A stretch of 64,000 nucleotides of DNA from Squalus acanthias (Eukaryota), in NCBI GenBank assembly GCA_030390025.1, contig CM059438.1, forward strand, positions 56,112,001 through 56,176,000, in the 5' to 3' direction. Within the stretch, counting starts at the first letter, position 1. Each line of letters starts with the position of its first letter. This document shows positions 10,695 to 24,375 of this stretch, one piece after another. The notes beneath the pieces are model-generated. The model did no database searches and was not told the origin of the DNA. It saw only the letters and a list, made by a program, of their open reading frames with translations. The position numbers and the translations under genes are program-made.

Positions 10695-10915
10695 ACTCTG
10701 GAACTCTCTCTGACATCTGAACCCAGCACCGCCCCCTCACCCCCGCCCTCGCTCCCCTCCTTCAATAAACTCCTCATAACTTTCCTCTCTGACTACGCCT
10801 TCAATCACCAGCACAAACACTCCCACCATCACTGCTCGGACTCCGGGTCCCCCTCTGTCAGGCTCTTTGTGACATTTGATTATGTGAAGGGTGCAACAGA
10901 AAGGCAGGTTTTGTT
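10695..10915 (+). mobile_element. Old L2-type 3' end / L2-tailed SINE remnant
   Basis: CTCTGGAACTCTCTC...CCTCCTTCAATAAACTCCTCATAACTTTCCTCTCTGAC...GTGAAGGGTGC resembles 8330-8525. Confidence 0.5.
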
Positions 10916-10999
10916 AAAAGAAAAATTGAAAGTTCCTGCTCAGAAACAGACCATTTGACCCATTAAATCTGTGACAGTGATCGCTTACGCATGAACCCC

Positions 11000-13900
11000 C
11001 CAGTCTAATCCCGCCATCCCGCCATCCCGCTCACTCCCCATTCCATTTCATATCCCAGCCAGTCCAATCCCACTCCCTTTAATATACCACCCAGTCTAAT
11101 CCCACTCTCCCCCTCACTCCCCGCACCCTTTGATATCCCACCCAGTCTAATCCCACTCTCCCCCTCACTCCCCGCATCCTTTGATATCCCACCCAGTCTA
11201 ATCCCACTCTCCCACTCACTCCCCACACCCTTTAATATCCCACCCAGTCGAATCCCACCCTCCCGCTCACTCCCCACACACTTTAATATCACACCCAGTC
11301 TAATCCCACTCTCCCGCTCACTCCCCACACCCTTTAATATCCCACCGAGTCTAATCCCACTCTCCCGCTCACTCCCCACACACTTTAATATCCCACCCAG
11401 TCTAATCCCACTCTCCCCCTCACTCCCCACACACTTTAATATCCCACCCAGTCTAATCCCACTCTCCCGCTTACTCCCCACACACTTTAATATCGCACCC
11501 AGTCTAATCCCACTCTCCCCATCTCTCCCCACACCCTTTAATATCCCACCCAGTCTAATCCCACTCCCCCGCTCACTCCCCGTACCCTTTAATAACACAC
11601 CCAGTCAAATCCCACTCTTCTGCTCACTCCCCATAGCCTTTAATATCCCACCCAGTCTAATCCCACTCTCCCCTTCACACCCATTAACCTTTAATATCCC
11701 ACCCAGTCTAATCCCACTCTTCTGCTGACTCCCCACATCCTTTAACATCCCACCCAGACTAATCCCACTCTACCGCTCTTTCACCCTTTAATATCCCACC
11801 TTATCTAATCACACCCTCCCGCTCACTTCCCACACCCTTTAAAATCACACCCAGTCTAATCCCACACTCCCGCTCACTCCTCACACCCTTTATATCCCAC
11901 CCAGTCTAATCCCACTCTCATTCACACTTCCCACAACCTTTAATATCCCACCCACACAAATCCCACTCTCCCACTCACTCCTCACACCATTTAATATCCC
12001 ACCCAGTCTAATCCCACTCTCCCTCTCACTCCCCACACCCTTTAATATCCCACCCAGTCTAATCCCACTCTCCCGCTCACTCCCCACACACTTTAATAAC
12101 CCACAAAGTCTAACCCCACTCTCCCGCTCATTCCCCGCACCTTTTAATATCCCACCCAGTCTAATCCCACTCTCCTGCTCACTCCCCATACCCTTTAATT
12201 TCCCACCCAATCTAATCCCACTCTCCCGCTCACTCCCCACACCCTTTAATATCCCACCCAGTCTAATCCCACTCTCCCGCTCACTCCCCACACACTTTAA
12301 TAACCCACCAAGTCTAACCCCACTCTCCCGCTCATTCCCCGCACCTTTTAATATCCCACCCAGTCTAATCCCACTCTCCTGCTCACTCCCCATACCCTTT
12401 AATTTCCCACCCAATCTAATCCCACTCTCCCGCTCACTCCCCATAACCTTTTAAAATCCCACCCAGTCTAATGCCACTCTCCCGCTCACTCCCCACACCT
12501 TTTAATATTCCATCCATCTAATCCCACTCTCCCGCTCATTCCCAACACCCTTTAATGACCCATCCAGTCTAATCCCACTCTCCTGCTCACTCCCCACACC
12601 CTTTAATATCCCACCCAGTCTAATCCCACTCTCCCGCTCACTCCCCACAACCTTTAATATCCCACCCAGTCTAATCCCACTCTGCCGCTCACTCCCCACA
12701 CCCTTTAATATCCCACCCAGTCTAATCCCACTCTCCTGCTCACTCCCCACACCATTTAATATCCCACCCAGTCGAATCACACTCTCCCGCTCACTCCTCA
12801 TATCCTTTAATATCCCACCCAGTCTAATCCCACTCTCCCGCTCACTGCCCGCACCCTTTAATATCCAACACAGTCTAATCCCACTCTCCCCCTCACTCCC
12901 CGTACCCTTTTATATCCCACCCAGTCTAATGCCACCCTCTTCCTCACTCCCCGCACCCGTTAATATAACACCCAGTCTAATCCCACTCTCCCGCTCATCC
13001 CCACACCCTTTAAGATCCCACCAAGTCTAATCCCACTCTCCCCCTCACTCCCCACAACCTTTAATATCCCACCCAGTCTAATCCCACTCTCCCGCTCATC
13101 CCCACACCCTTTAAGATCCCACCAAGTCTAATCCCACTCTCCCCCTCTCTCCCCACACCCTTTAATATCCCACCCAGTCTAATCCCACTCTCCCGCTCAC
13201 TCCCCACACCCTTTAATATCCCACCGAGTCTAATCCCACTCTCCCGCTCACTCCCCACACACTTTAATATCCCACCCAGTCTAATCCCAGTCTCCAGCTC
13301 ACTCCCCACACCCTTTAATATCCCACCCAATCTAATCCCACTCTCCTGCTCACTCCCCACACCCTTTAATACCCCACCCAGTCTAATCCCACTCTCCCTC
13401 TCACTCCCCACACCCTTTAAAATCCCACCCAGTCTAATCCCACTCTCCCGCTCACTCCCCACACACTTTAATATCCAACCAGTCTAATCCCAGTCTCCAG
13501 CTCACTCCCCACACCCTTTAATATCCCACCGAGTCTAATCCCACTCTCCCCCTCTCTCCCCACACCCTTTAAAATCCCACCCAGTCTAATCCCACTCTCC
13601 CGCTCACTCCCCACACACTTTAATATCCCACCCAGTCTAATCCCAGTCTCCCGCTCACTCCCCACACACTTTAATATCCCACCCAGTCTAATCCCAGTCT
13701 CCAGCTCACTCCCCACACACTTTAATATCCCACCCAGTCTAATCCCACTCTCCTGCTCACTCCCCATAACTTTTAATATCGATCCCAGTCTAATCCCACT
13801 CTCCCCCTCTCTCCCCACACCCTTTAAAATCCCACCCAGTCTAATCCCACTCCCCCGCTCACTCCCCGTACCCTTTAATATCCCACCCAGTCTAATCCCA

Positions 13901-16900
13901 CTCTCCCCTTCACTCCCATTACCCTATAATATCCCACCCAGTCTAATCCCACTCCCCTGCTCACTCCCCACATCCTTTAACATCCCACCCAGGCTAATCC
14001 CACTCTACCGCTCTTTTCCCCTTTAATATCCCACCTTATCTAATCACACCCTCCCGCTCACTCCCCACACCCTTTAATATCCCACCGAGTCTAATCCCAC
14101 TCTCCTGCACACTCCCCACATCCTTTAACATCCCACCCAGACTAATCCCACTCTACCGCTCTTTTCCCCTTTAATATCCCACCTTATCTAATCACACCCT
14201 CCCGCTCACTCCCCACACCCTTTAATATCCCACCGAGTCTAATCCCACTCTCCCGCTCACTCCCCACACCCTTTGATATCCCACCCAGTCTAATCCCACT
14301 CTCCCGCTCACTCCCCACACCCTTTAATATCCCACCGAGTCTAATCCCACTCTCCCCCTCACTCCCCACACCCTTTAATACCCCACCCAGTCTAATCCTA
14401 CTCTCCCTCTCACTCCCCACAACCTTTAATATCGCACCCAGTCTAATCCCACTCCCCCGCTCACTCCCTGTACCCTTTAATATCCCACCCAGTCAAATCC
14501 CACTCTCCCGCTCACTCCCCACACCCTTTAATATCCCACCGAGTCTAATCCCACTCTCATTCACACTCCCCACAACCTTTAATATCCCACCCGCACAAAT
14601 CCCACTCTCCCACTCACTCCTCACACCATTTAATATCCCACCCAGTCTAATCCCACTCTCCCTCTCACTCCCCACACCCTTTAATATCCCACCCAGTCTA
14701 ATCCCACTCTCCCGCTCACTCCCCACACACTTTAATAACCCACCAAGTCTAACCCCACTCTCCCGCTCATTCCCCGCACCTTTTAATATCCCACCCAGTC
14801 TAATCCCACTCTCCCGCTCACTCCCCATACCCTTTAATTTCCCACCCAATCTAATCCCACACTCCCGCTCACTCTCCACACCCTTTAATATCCCACCCAG
14901 TCTAATCCCACTCTCCCGCTCACTCCCCACACACTTTAATAACCCACCAAGTCTAACCCCACTCTCCCGCTCATTCCCCGCACCTTTTAATATTCCATCC
15001 ATCTAATCCCACTCTCCCGCTCATTCCCCACACCTTTTAATATTCCATCCATCTAATCCCACTCTCCCGCTCACTCCCCACACACTTTAATAACCCACCA
15101 AGTCTAACCCCACTCTCCCGCTCATTCCCCGCACCTTTTAAAATCCCACCCAGTCTAATCCTACTCTCCCGCTCACTCCCCACACCTTTTAATATTCCAT
15201 CCATCTAATCCCACTCTCCCGCTCATTCCCCGCACCTTTTAATATTCCATCCATCTAATCCCACTCTCCCGCTCACTCCCCACACACTTTAATAACCCAC
15301 CAAGTCTAACCCCACTCTCCCGCTCATTCCCCGCACCTTTTAAAATCCCACCCAGTCTAATCCCACTCTCCCGCTCACTCCCCACACCTTTTAATATTCC
15401 ATCCATCTAATCCCACTCTCCCGCTCATTCCCCGCACCTTTTAATATTCCATCCATCTAATCCCACTCTCCCGCTCACTCCCCACACACTTTAATAACCC
15501 ACCAAGTCTAACCCCACTCTCCCGCTCATTCCCCGCACCTTTTAAAATCCCACCCACTCTAATCCCACTCTCCCGCTCACTCCCCACACCTTTTAATATT
15601 CCATCCATCTAATCCCACTCTCCCGCTCATTCCCAACACCCTTTAATGACCCATCCAGTCTAATCCCACTCTCCTGCTCACTCCCCACACCCTTTAATAT
15701 CCCACCCAGTCTAATCCCACTCTCCCGCTCACTCCCCACAACCTTTAATATCCCACCCAGTCTAATCCCACTCTGCCGCTCACTCCCCACACCCTTTAAC
15801 ATCCCACCCAGTCTAATCCCACTCTCCTGCTCACTCCCCACACCAGTTAATATCCCACCCAGTCGAATCCCACTCTCCCGCTCACTCCTCATATCCTTTA
15901 ATATCCCACCCAGTCTAATCCCACTCTCCCGCTCACTCCCCGCACCCTTTAATATCCAACACAGTCTAATCCCACTCTCCCCCTCACTCCCCGTACCCTT
16001 TTATATCCCACCCAGTCTAATGCCACCCTCTTCCTCACTCCCCGCACCCGTTAATATAACACCCAGTCTAATCCCACTCTCCCGCTCACTCCCCACACAC
16101 TTTAATATCCCACCCAGTCTAATCCCAGTCTCCAGCTCACTCCCCACACCCTTTAATATCCCACCGAGTCTAATCCCACTCTCATTCACACTCCCCACAA
16201 CCTTTAATATCCCACCCGCACAAATCCCACTCTCCCACTCACTCCTCACACCATTTAATATCCCACCCAGTCTAATCCCACTCTCCCTCTCACTCCCCAC
16301 ACCCTTTAATATCCCACCCAGTCTAATCCCACTCTCCCGCTCACTCCCCACACACTTTAATAACCCACCAAGTCTAACCCCACTCTCCCGCTCATTCCCC
16401 GCACCTTTTAATATCCCACCCAGTCTAATCCCACTCTCCCGCTCACTCCCCATACCCTTTAATTTCCCACCCAATCTAATCCCACACTCCCGCTCACTCT
16501 CCACACCCTTTAATATCCCACCCAGTCTAATCCCACTCTCCCGCTCACTCCCCACACACTTTAATAACCCACCAAGTCTAACCCCACTCTCCCGCTCATT
16601 CCCCGCACCTTTTAATATTCCATCCATCTAATCCCACTCTCCCGCTCATTCCCCACACCTTTTAATATTCCATCCATCTAATCCCACTCTCCCGCTCACT
16701 CCCCACACACTTTAATAACCCACCAAGTCTAACCCCACTCTCCCGCTCATTCCCCGCACCTTTTAAAATCCCACCCAGTCTAATCCCACTCTCCCGCTCA
16801 CTCCCCACACCTTTTAATATTCCATCCATCTAATCCCACTCTCCCGCTCATTCCCCGCACCTTTTAATATTCCATCCATCTAATCCCACTCTCCCGCTCA

Positions 16901-19900
16901 CTCCCCACACACTTTAATAACGCACCAAGTCTAACCCCACTCTCCCGCTCATTCCCCGCACCTTTTAAAATCCCACCCAGTCTAATCCCACTCTCCCGCT
17001 CACTCCCCACACCTTTTAATATTCCATCCATCTAATCCCACTCTCCCGCTCATTCCCCGCACCTTTTAATATTCCATCCATCTAATCCCACTCTCCCGCT
17101 CACTCCCCACACACTTTAATAACCCACCAAGTCTAACCCCACTCTCCCGCTCATTCCCCGCACCTTTTAAAATCCCACCCACTCTAATCCCACTCTCCCG
17201 CTCACTCCCCACACCTTTTAATATTCCATCCATCTAATCCCACTCTCCCGCTCATTCCCAACACCCTTTAATGACCCATCCAGTCTAATCCCACTCTCCT
17301 GCTCACTCCCCACACCCTTTAATATCCCACCCAGTCTAATCCCACTCTCCCGCTCACTCCCCACAACCTTTAATATCCCACCGAGTCTAATCCCACTCTG
17401 CCGCTCACTCCCCACACCCTTTAACATCCCACCCAGTCTAATCCCACTCTCCTGCTCACTCCCCACACCAGTTAATATCCCACCCAGTCGAATCCCACTC
17501 TCCCGCTCACTCCTCATATCCTTTAATATCCCACCCAGTCTAATCCCACTCTCCCGCTCACTCCCCGCACCCTTTAATATCCAACACAGTCTAATCCCAC
17601 TCTCCCCCTCACTCCCCGTACCCTTTTATATCCCACCCAGTCTAATGCCACCCTCTTCCTCACTCCCCGCACCCGTTAATATAACACCCAGTCTAATCCC
17701 ACTCTCCCGCTCACTCCCCACACACTTTAATATCCCACCCAGTCTAATCCCAGTCTCCAGCTCACCCCCCACACCCTTTAATATCCCACCGAGTCTAATC
17801 CCACTCTCCCCCTCTCTCCCCACACCCTTTAAAATCCCACCCAGTCTAATCCCACTCTCCCGCTCACTCCCCACACACTTTAATATCCCACCCAGTCTAA
17901 TCCCAGTCTCCCGCTCACTCCCCACACACTTTAATATCCCACCCAGTCTAATCCCAGTCTCCAGCTCACTCCCCACACACTTTAATACCCCACCCAGTCT
18001 AATCCCACTCTCCTGCTCACTCCCCATAACTTTTAATATCGATCCCAGTCTAATCCCACTCTCCCCCTCTCTCCCCACACCCTTTAAAATCCCACCCAGT
18101 CTAATCCCACTCCCCCGCTCACTCCCCGTACCCTTTAATATCCCACCCAGTCTAATCCCACTCTCCCCTTCACTCCCATTACCCTATAATATCCCACCCA
18201 GTCTAATCCCACTCTCCTGCTCACTCCCCACATCCTTTAACATCCCACCCAGGCTAATCCCACTCTCCCGCTCACTCCCCACACCCTTTAATATCCCACC
18301 GAGTCTAATCCCACTCTCCCCCTCACTCCCCACACCCTTTAATATCCCACCGAGTCTAATCCCACTCTCCTGCTCACTCCCCACATCCTTTAACATCCCA
18401 CCCAGACTAATCCCACTCTACCGCTCTTTTCCCCTTTAATATCCCACCTTATCTAATCACACCCTCCCGCTCACTCCCCACACCCTTTAATATCCCACCG
18501 AGTCTAATCCCACTCTCCCGCTCACTCCCCACACACTTTAATAACCCACCAAGTCTAACCCCACTCTCCCGCTCATTCCCCGCACCTTTTAATATCCCAC
18601 CCAGTCTAATCCCACTCTCCTGCTCACTCCCCATACCCTTTAATTTCCCACCCAATCTAATCCCACTCTCCCGCTCACTCCCCACACCCTTTAATATCCC
18701 ACCCAGTCTAATCCCACTCTCCCGCTCACTCCCCACACACTTTAATAACCCACCAAGTCTAACCCCACTCTCCCGCTCATTCCCCGCACCTTTTAATATC
18801 CCACCCAGTCTAATCCCACTCTCCTGCTCACTCCCCATACCCTTTAATTTCCCACCCAATCTAATCCCACTCTCCCGCTCACTCCCCATAACCTTTTAAA
18901 ATCCCACCCAGTCTAATCCCACTCTCCCGCTCACTCCCCACACCTTTTAATGTTCCATCCATCTAATCCCACTCTCCCGCTCATTCCCAACACCCTTTAA
19001 TGACCCATCCAGTCTAATCCCACTCTCCTGCTCACTCCCCACACCCTTTAATATCCCACCCAGTCTAATCCCACTCTCCCGCTCACTCACCACAACCTTT
19101 AATATCCCACCCAGTCTAATCCCACTCTGCCGCTCACTCCCCACACCCTTTAATATCCCACCCAGTCTAATCCCACTCTGCCGCTCACTCCCCACACCCT
19201 TTAATATCCCACCCAGTCTAATCCCACTCTCCCGCTCACTCCCCGCACCCTTTAATATCCAACACAGTCTAATCCCACTCTCCCCCTCACTCCCCGTACC
19301 CTTTTATATCCCACCCAGTCTAATGCCACCCTCTTCCTCACTCCCCGCACCCGTTAATATAACACCCAGTCTAATCCCACTCTCCCGCTCACTCCCCACA
19401 CACTTTAATATCCCACCGAGTCTAATCCCACTCTCCCCCTCTCTCCCCACACCCTTTAAAATCCCACCCAGTCTAATCCCACTCTCCCGCTCACTCCCCA
19501 CACACTTTAATATCCCACCCAGTCTAATCCCAGTCTCCCGCTCACTCCCCACACACTTTAATATCCCACCCAGTCTAATCCCACTCTCCAGCTCACTCCC
19601 CACACACTTTAATACCCCACCCAGTCTAATCCCACTCTCCTGCTCACTCCCCATAACTTTTAATATCGATCCCAGTCTAATCCCACTCTCCCCCTCTCTC
19701 CCCACACCCTTTAAAATCCCACCCAGTCTAATCCCACTCCCCCGCTCACTCCCCGTACCCTTTAATATCCCACCCAGTCTAATCCCACTCTCCCCTTCAC
19801 TCCCATTACCCTATAATATCCCACCCAGTCTAATCCCACTCTCCTGCTCAATCCCCACATCCTTTAACATCCCACCCAGGCTAATCCCACTCTCCCGCTC

Positions 19901-22018
19901 ACTCCCCACACCCTTTAATATCCCACCGAGTCTAATCCCACTCTCCCCCTCACTCCCCACACCCTTTAATACCCCACCCAGTCTAATCCTACTCTCCCTC
20001 TCACTCCCCACATCCTTTAATATCCCACCCAATCTAATCCCACTCTCCTGCTCACTCCCCACACCCTTTAATATCCCACCCAGTCTAATCCCACTCTCCC
20101 TCTCATTCCCCACACCCTTTAATATCGCACCCAGTCTAATCCCACTCTCCTGCTCACTCCCCATAGCCTTTAATATCCCACCCAGTCTAATCCCACTTTG
20201 CCCCTCTCTCCCGACACCCTTTATTATCCCACCCAGTCTAATCCCACTCTCCCTCTCATTCCCCACACCCTTTAATATCCCACCCATTCTAATCCCACTC
20301 TCCCCCTCTCTCCCCACACCCTTTAAAATCCCACCCAGTCTAATCCCACTCCCCCGCTCACTCCCCGTACCCTTTAATATCCCACCCAGTCTAATCCCAC
20401 TCTCCCCTTCACTCCCATTACCCTATAATATCCCACCCAGTCTAATCCTACTCTCCTGCTCACTCCCCACATCCTTTAACATCCCACCCAGGCTAATCCC
20501 ACTCTCCCGCTCACTCCCCACACCCTTTAATATCCCACCGAGTCTAATCCCACTCTCCCCCTCACTCCCCACACCCTTTAATATCCCACCGAGTCTAATC
20601 CCACTCTCCCGCTCACTCCCCACACCCTTTAATATCCCACCCAGTCTAATCCCACTCTCCCGCTCACTCCCCACACCCTTTAATATCCCACCGAGTCTAA
20701 TCCCACTCTCCCCCTCACTCCCCACACCCTTTAATACCCCACCCAGTCTAATCCTACTCTCCCTCTCACTCCCCACACCGTTTAATATCCCACCCAATCT
20801 AATCCCACTCTCCTGCTCACTCCCCACACCCTTTAATACCCCACCCAGTCTAATCCCACTCTCCCTCTCACTCCCCACACCCTTTAATATCCCACCCAGT
20901 CTAATCCCACTCTCCCCCTCACTCCCCACACCCTTTATTATCCCACCCAGTCTAATCCCACTCTCCCTCTCATTCCCCACACCCTTTAATATCGCACCCA
21001 GTCTAATCCCACTCTCCTGCTCACTCCCCATAGCCTTTAATATCCCACCCAGTCTAATCCCACTCTGCCCCTCTCTCCCGACACCCTTTAATATCCCACC
21101 CATTCTAATCCCACTCCCCCGCTCACTCCCTGTACCCTTTAATATCCCACCCAGTCAAATCCCACTCTCCTGCTCACTCCCTATAGCCTTTAATATCCCA
21201 CCCAGTCTAATCCCACTGTCCTCTTCACTCCCATTACCCTTTAATATCCCACCCAGTCTAATCCCACTCTCCCCTTCACTCCCATTACCCTTTAATATCC
21301 CACCCAGACTAATCCCACTCGACCGCTCTTTTACCCTTTAATATCCCACCTTATCTAATCACACCCTCCCGCTCACTTCCCACACCCTTTAAAATCACAC
21401 CCAGTCTAATCCCACACTCCCGCTCACTCCCCACACCCTTTATATCCCACCCAGTCTAATCCCACTCTCATTCACACTCCCCACAACCTTTAATATCCCA
21501 CCCACACAAATCCCACACTCCCACTCACTCCCCATACCCTTGAATATCCCCCCAGTCTAATCCCACTCTCCCGTTCACTCCCCATACCCTTTAATATCCC
21601 ACCCAGTCTAATCCCACTCTCCCGCTCACTCCCCACACCCTTTAACATCCCACCCAGTCTAATCCCACTCTCCCGCTCACTCCCCATACCCTTTAACATC
21701 CCACCCAGTCTATTCCCACTCTCCCCCTCACTCCCCACACCCTTTAATATCCCACCCAGTCTAATCCCACTCTCCTGATCACTCCCCACAACCTTTAATA
21801 TTCTTCCCAGTCTATTTCCACTCTCCCCCTCACTCCCCGTACCCTTTAATAACCCACCCAGTCTAATCCCACCCTCCTGCTCACTCCCCATACCCTTTAA
21901 TACCCCACCCAGTCTGATCCCACTCTCCTGCTCACTCTCTTTACCCTTTAACATCCCAACCAGTCTAATCCCACTCTCCCACTCACACCCCAGACCCTTT
22001 AATATCCCACCCAGTCTA
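11000..22018. repeat. 51-bp satellite array, left part
   Basis: Consensus CCCAGTCTAATCCCACTCTCCCGCTCACTCCCCACACCCTTTAATATCCCA in head-to-tail tandem; ORF track shows 17-aa periodicity. Confidence 0.99.
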
Positions 22019-22117
22019 CATAGATATATAGATACATAGAAGATAGGAGCAGGAGTAGGCCATCCGGCCTTTCGAGCCTGCTCCGCCATTTAATGAGATC
22101 ATGGCTGATCCTCCAAT

Positions 22118-24375
22118 TCAGTATCCCGTCCCCGCCTTCTCTCCGTAACCCTTAACCCCTTTTGCCTGTAGAAATATATCTAATTCCCTCTTAAATATAT
22201 TTAATGAGCTGGCGTACACTGCCCTCTGTGGCAATGAGTTCCACAGGTTCACCACCCTCTGAGTGAAGAAATTCCCCCGCATTTCTGTCCTAAATGGTTT
22301 AGACCTTATCCTTAAATTATGTCCTCTAGTTCTGTTCTCACCCGCCAAGGGAAACATTCCTTCTGCATCTAGTCTGTCTAGACCTGTCAGAATTTTATAC
22401 ACTTCTATGAGGTCCCCTCTCAATCTTCTAAACTCCAGTGTGTACATCCCTAAACTACATAGTCTCTCCTCATAGGTCAATCCCGCCATTCCTGGTATCA
22501 GCCTGGTGAATCGCCGCTGCACCCCCTCCATGGCAAGAACATCTTTCCTCAGATGAGGCGACCAAAACTGTACACAGTACTCGAGGTGTGGTCTCACCAG
22601 TGCCCTGTACAGCTGCAGCAAGGTATCCCTGTTCCTGTATTCCAACCCTTTTGCTATGAAGGCCAGCATACCGTTTGCCTTCTTGACCACCTGTTGCACC
22701 TGCATGCTCGCCTTCAGTGACTGCTGTACAAGAACACCCAGGTCTCTCTGTACTTCCCCCTCTCCCAATTTATTGCCATTTAAATAATAATTTGCCCTCC
22801 CGTTCCTGCACCCAAGGTGGATAACTTCGCACTTGTCCACATTATAGTGCATCTGCCATTTATCCGCCCAATCACCCAGTCTGTCCAAATCGCTCTGGAG
22901 CTTCCTGGTCTCCTCCTCTGAGCCCACCCCCCCTCCTAGTTTAGTGTCGTCTGCAAATTTGGAAATGCTGCATCCGACTCCCTGATCCAGGTCATTAATG
23001 TAAATTGTGAACAGCTGGGGACCCAGGACAGATCCCTGTGGTACCCCACTTGTTACTGCCTGCCATTCAGAAAATGAGCCGTTTATTCCAACTCTCTGTT
23101 TTCTATCTGACAGCCAGTTCTCCATCCACGTCAATACTTTCCCCTTTATCCCATGAGCTTCAATTTTCCATGCTAATCTTTTATGTGGGACCTTATCGAA
23201 GGCCTTTTGGAAGTCCAGGTACACCACATCTACTGGCTCTCCCCCATCTATTTTACCAGTTACTCCCTCAAAAAATTCCAATAGATTAGTCAAGCACGAT
23301 TTACCCTTTGTAAATCCATGTTGACTCTGTCCTATCCTGTCCCCATTTGCTAAGTGCTCCGCTATTTCATCCTTAATGATGGACTCCAGCATTTTGCCCA
23401 CAACTGATGTAAGGCTTACAGATCTGTAATTACCTGCTTTTTCCCTACCCTCCTTTTTGAATAGTGGGGTAACGTTAGCTGCCCTCCAATCCATGGGCAC
23501 TGTTCCCGAGTCTAATGAATTCTGAAAAATCATACTTAGTGCATCCGCTATCTCTAGGGCCACCTCCTTCAGTACCCTAGGATGCATGTTATCAGGCCCT
23601 GGGGATTTGTCCGCCTTCAATCCCTTTAGCTTCCTTAACACCATATCCTTAGAGATATTGATTTGCGTCAGTTCCTCCTTTGCCAATGTCAATATTTTTC
23701 CCGATATCCCAGGGAGGTTTTTTGTGTCTTCCTTCGTAAAGACTGACCCAAAGTATGCATTTAGTTGGTCTGCCATTTCCTTATTTCCCGTTATATATTC
23801 CCCCGTATCTGACTGCAATGGACCAACTTTGGTTTTCACCAGTCTTTTCCTCTTGATATACTTATAAAAGCTTTTGGAGTTAGTTTTTATATTTTCCGCC
23901 AGCTTGCTTTCGTAAGCTATTTTGCCCCTCTTGATTAAGCCCTTTGTCCTCCTTTGCTCTATCTTAAACTGTTCCCAATCTTCCGCTCTGGCGCTTTTTT
24001 TGGCTATTTTATACGCCCTATCTTTGGATTTTATGCTGTCTCTAATTTCCCCTGTTATCCACGGTTGAGTCACCTTTTTAGATTTCCTTTTATGCCAGAT
24101 TGGTATAAACAATTTTTGCAATTTTGTCATTCTATCTTTAAATGCTTGCCATTGTTTATCTACCTCCAGTCCTCCCAGGAACGTTGTCCAATCAGACCTA
24201 CTCAGTTCCCGTCTAATGGCATCATAATTCCCCTTGTTTAAATTCAGGACCTTAGTCTCTGAGTCAATTTCTTCGCTCTCCATTTCGAGTGAGAAATCGA
24301 TCATGTTATGATCGCTCTGACCCAAGGGTCCCCGTACAACAAGATTACTAATTAGTCCCTTCTCATTGCACAGTA
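22118..24375 (-). CDS. CR1 ORF2 (end of APE endonuclease, reverse transcriptase, C-terminal domain), separated from the upstream frame by a 5-bp duplication
   Basis: LGQSDHNMI (EN end), KSPGPDNMHPRVLKE, NYRSVSLTSVVGKMLE, QHGFTKGKSCLTNL, YLDFQKAFDKVPH, GVPQGSVLGP, KFADDTK, LVRPHLEYCVQFWSP; no internal stops. Confidence 0.95.
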
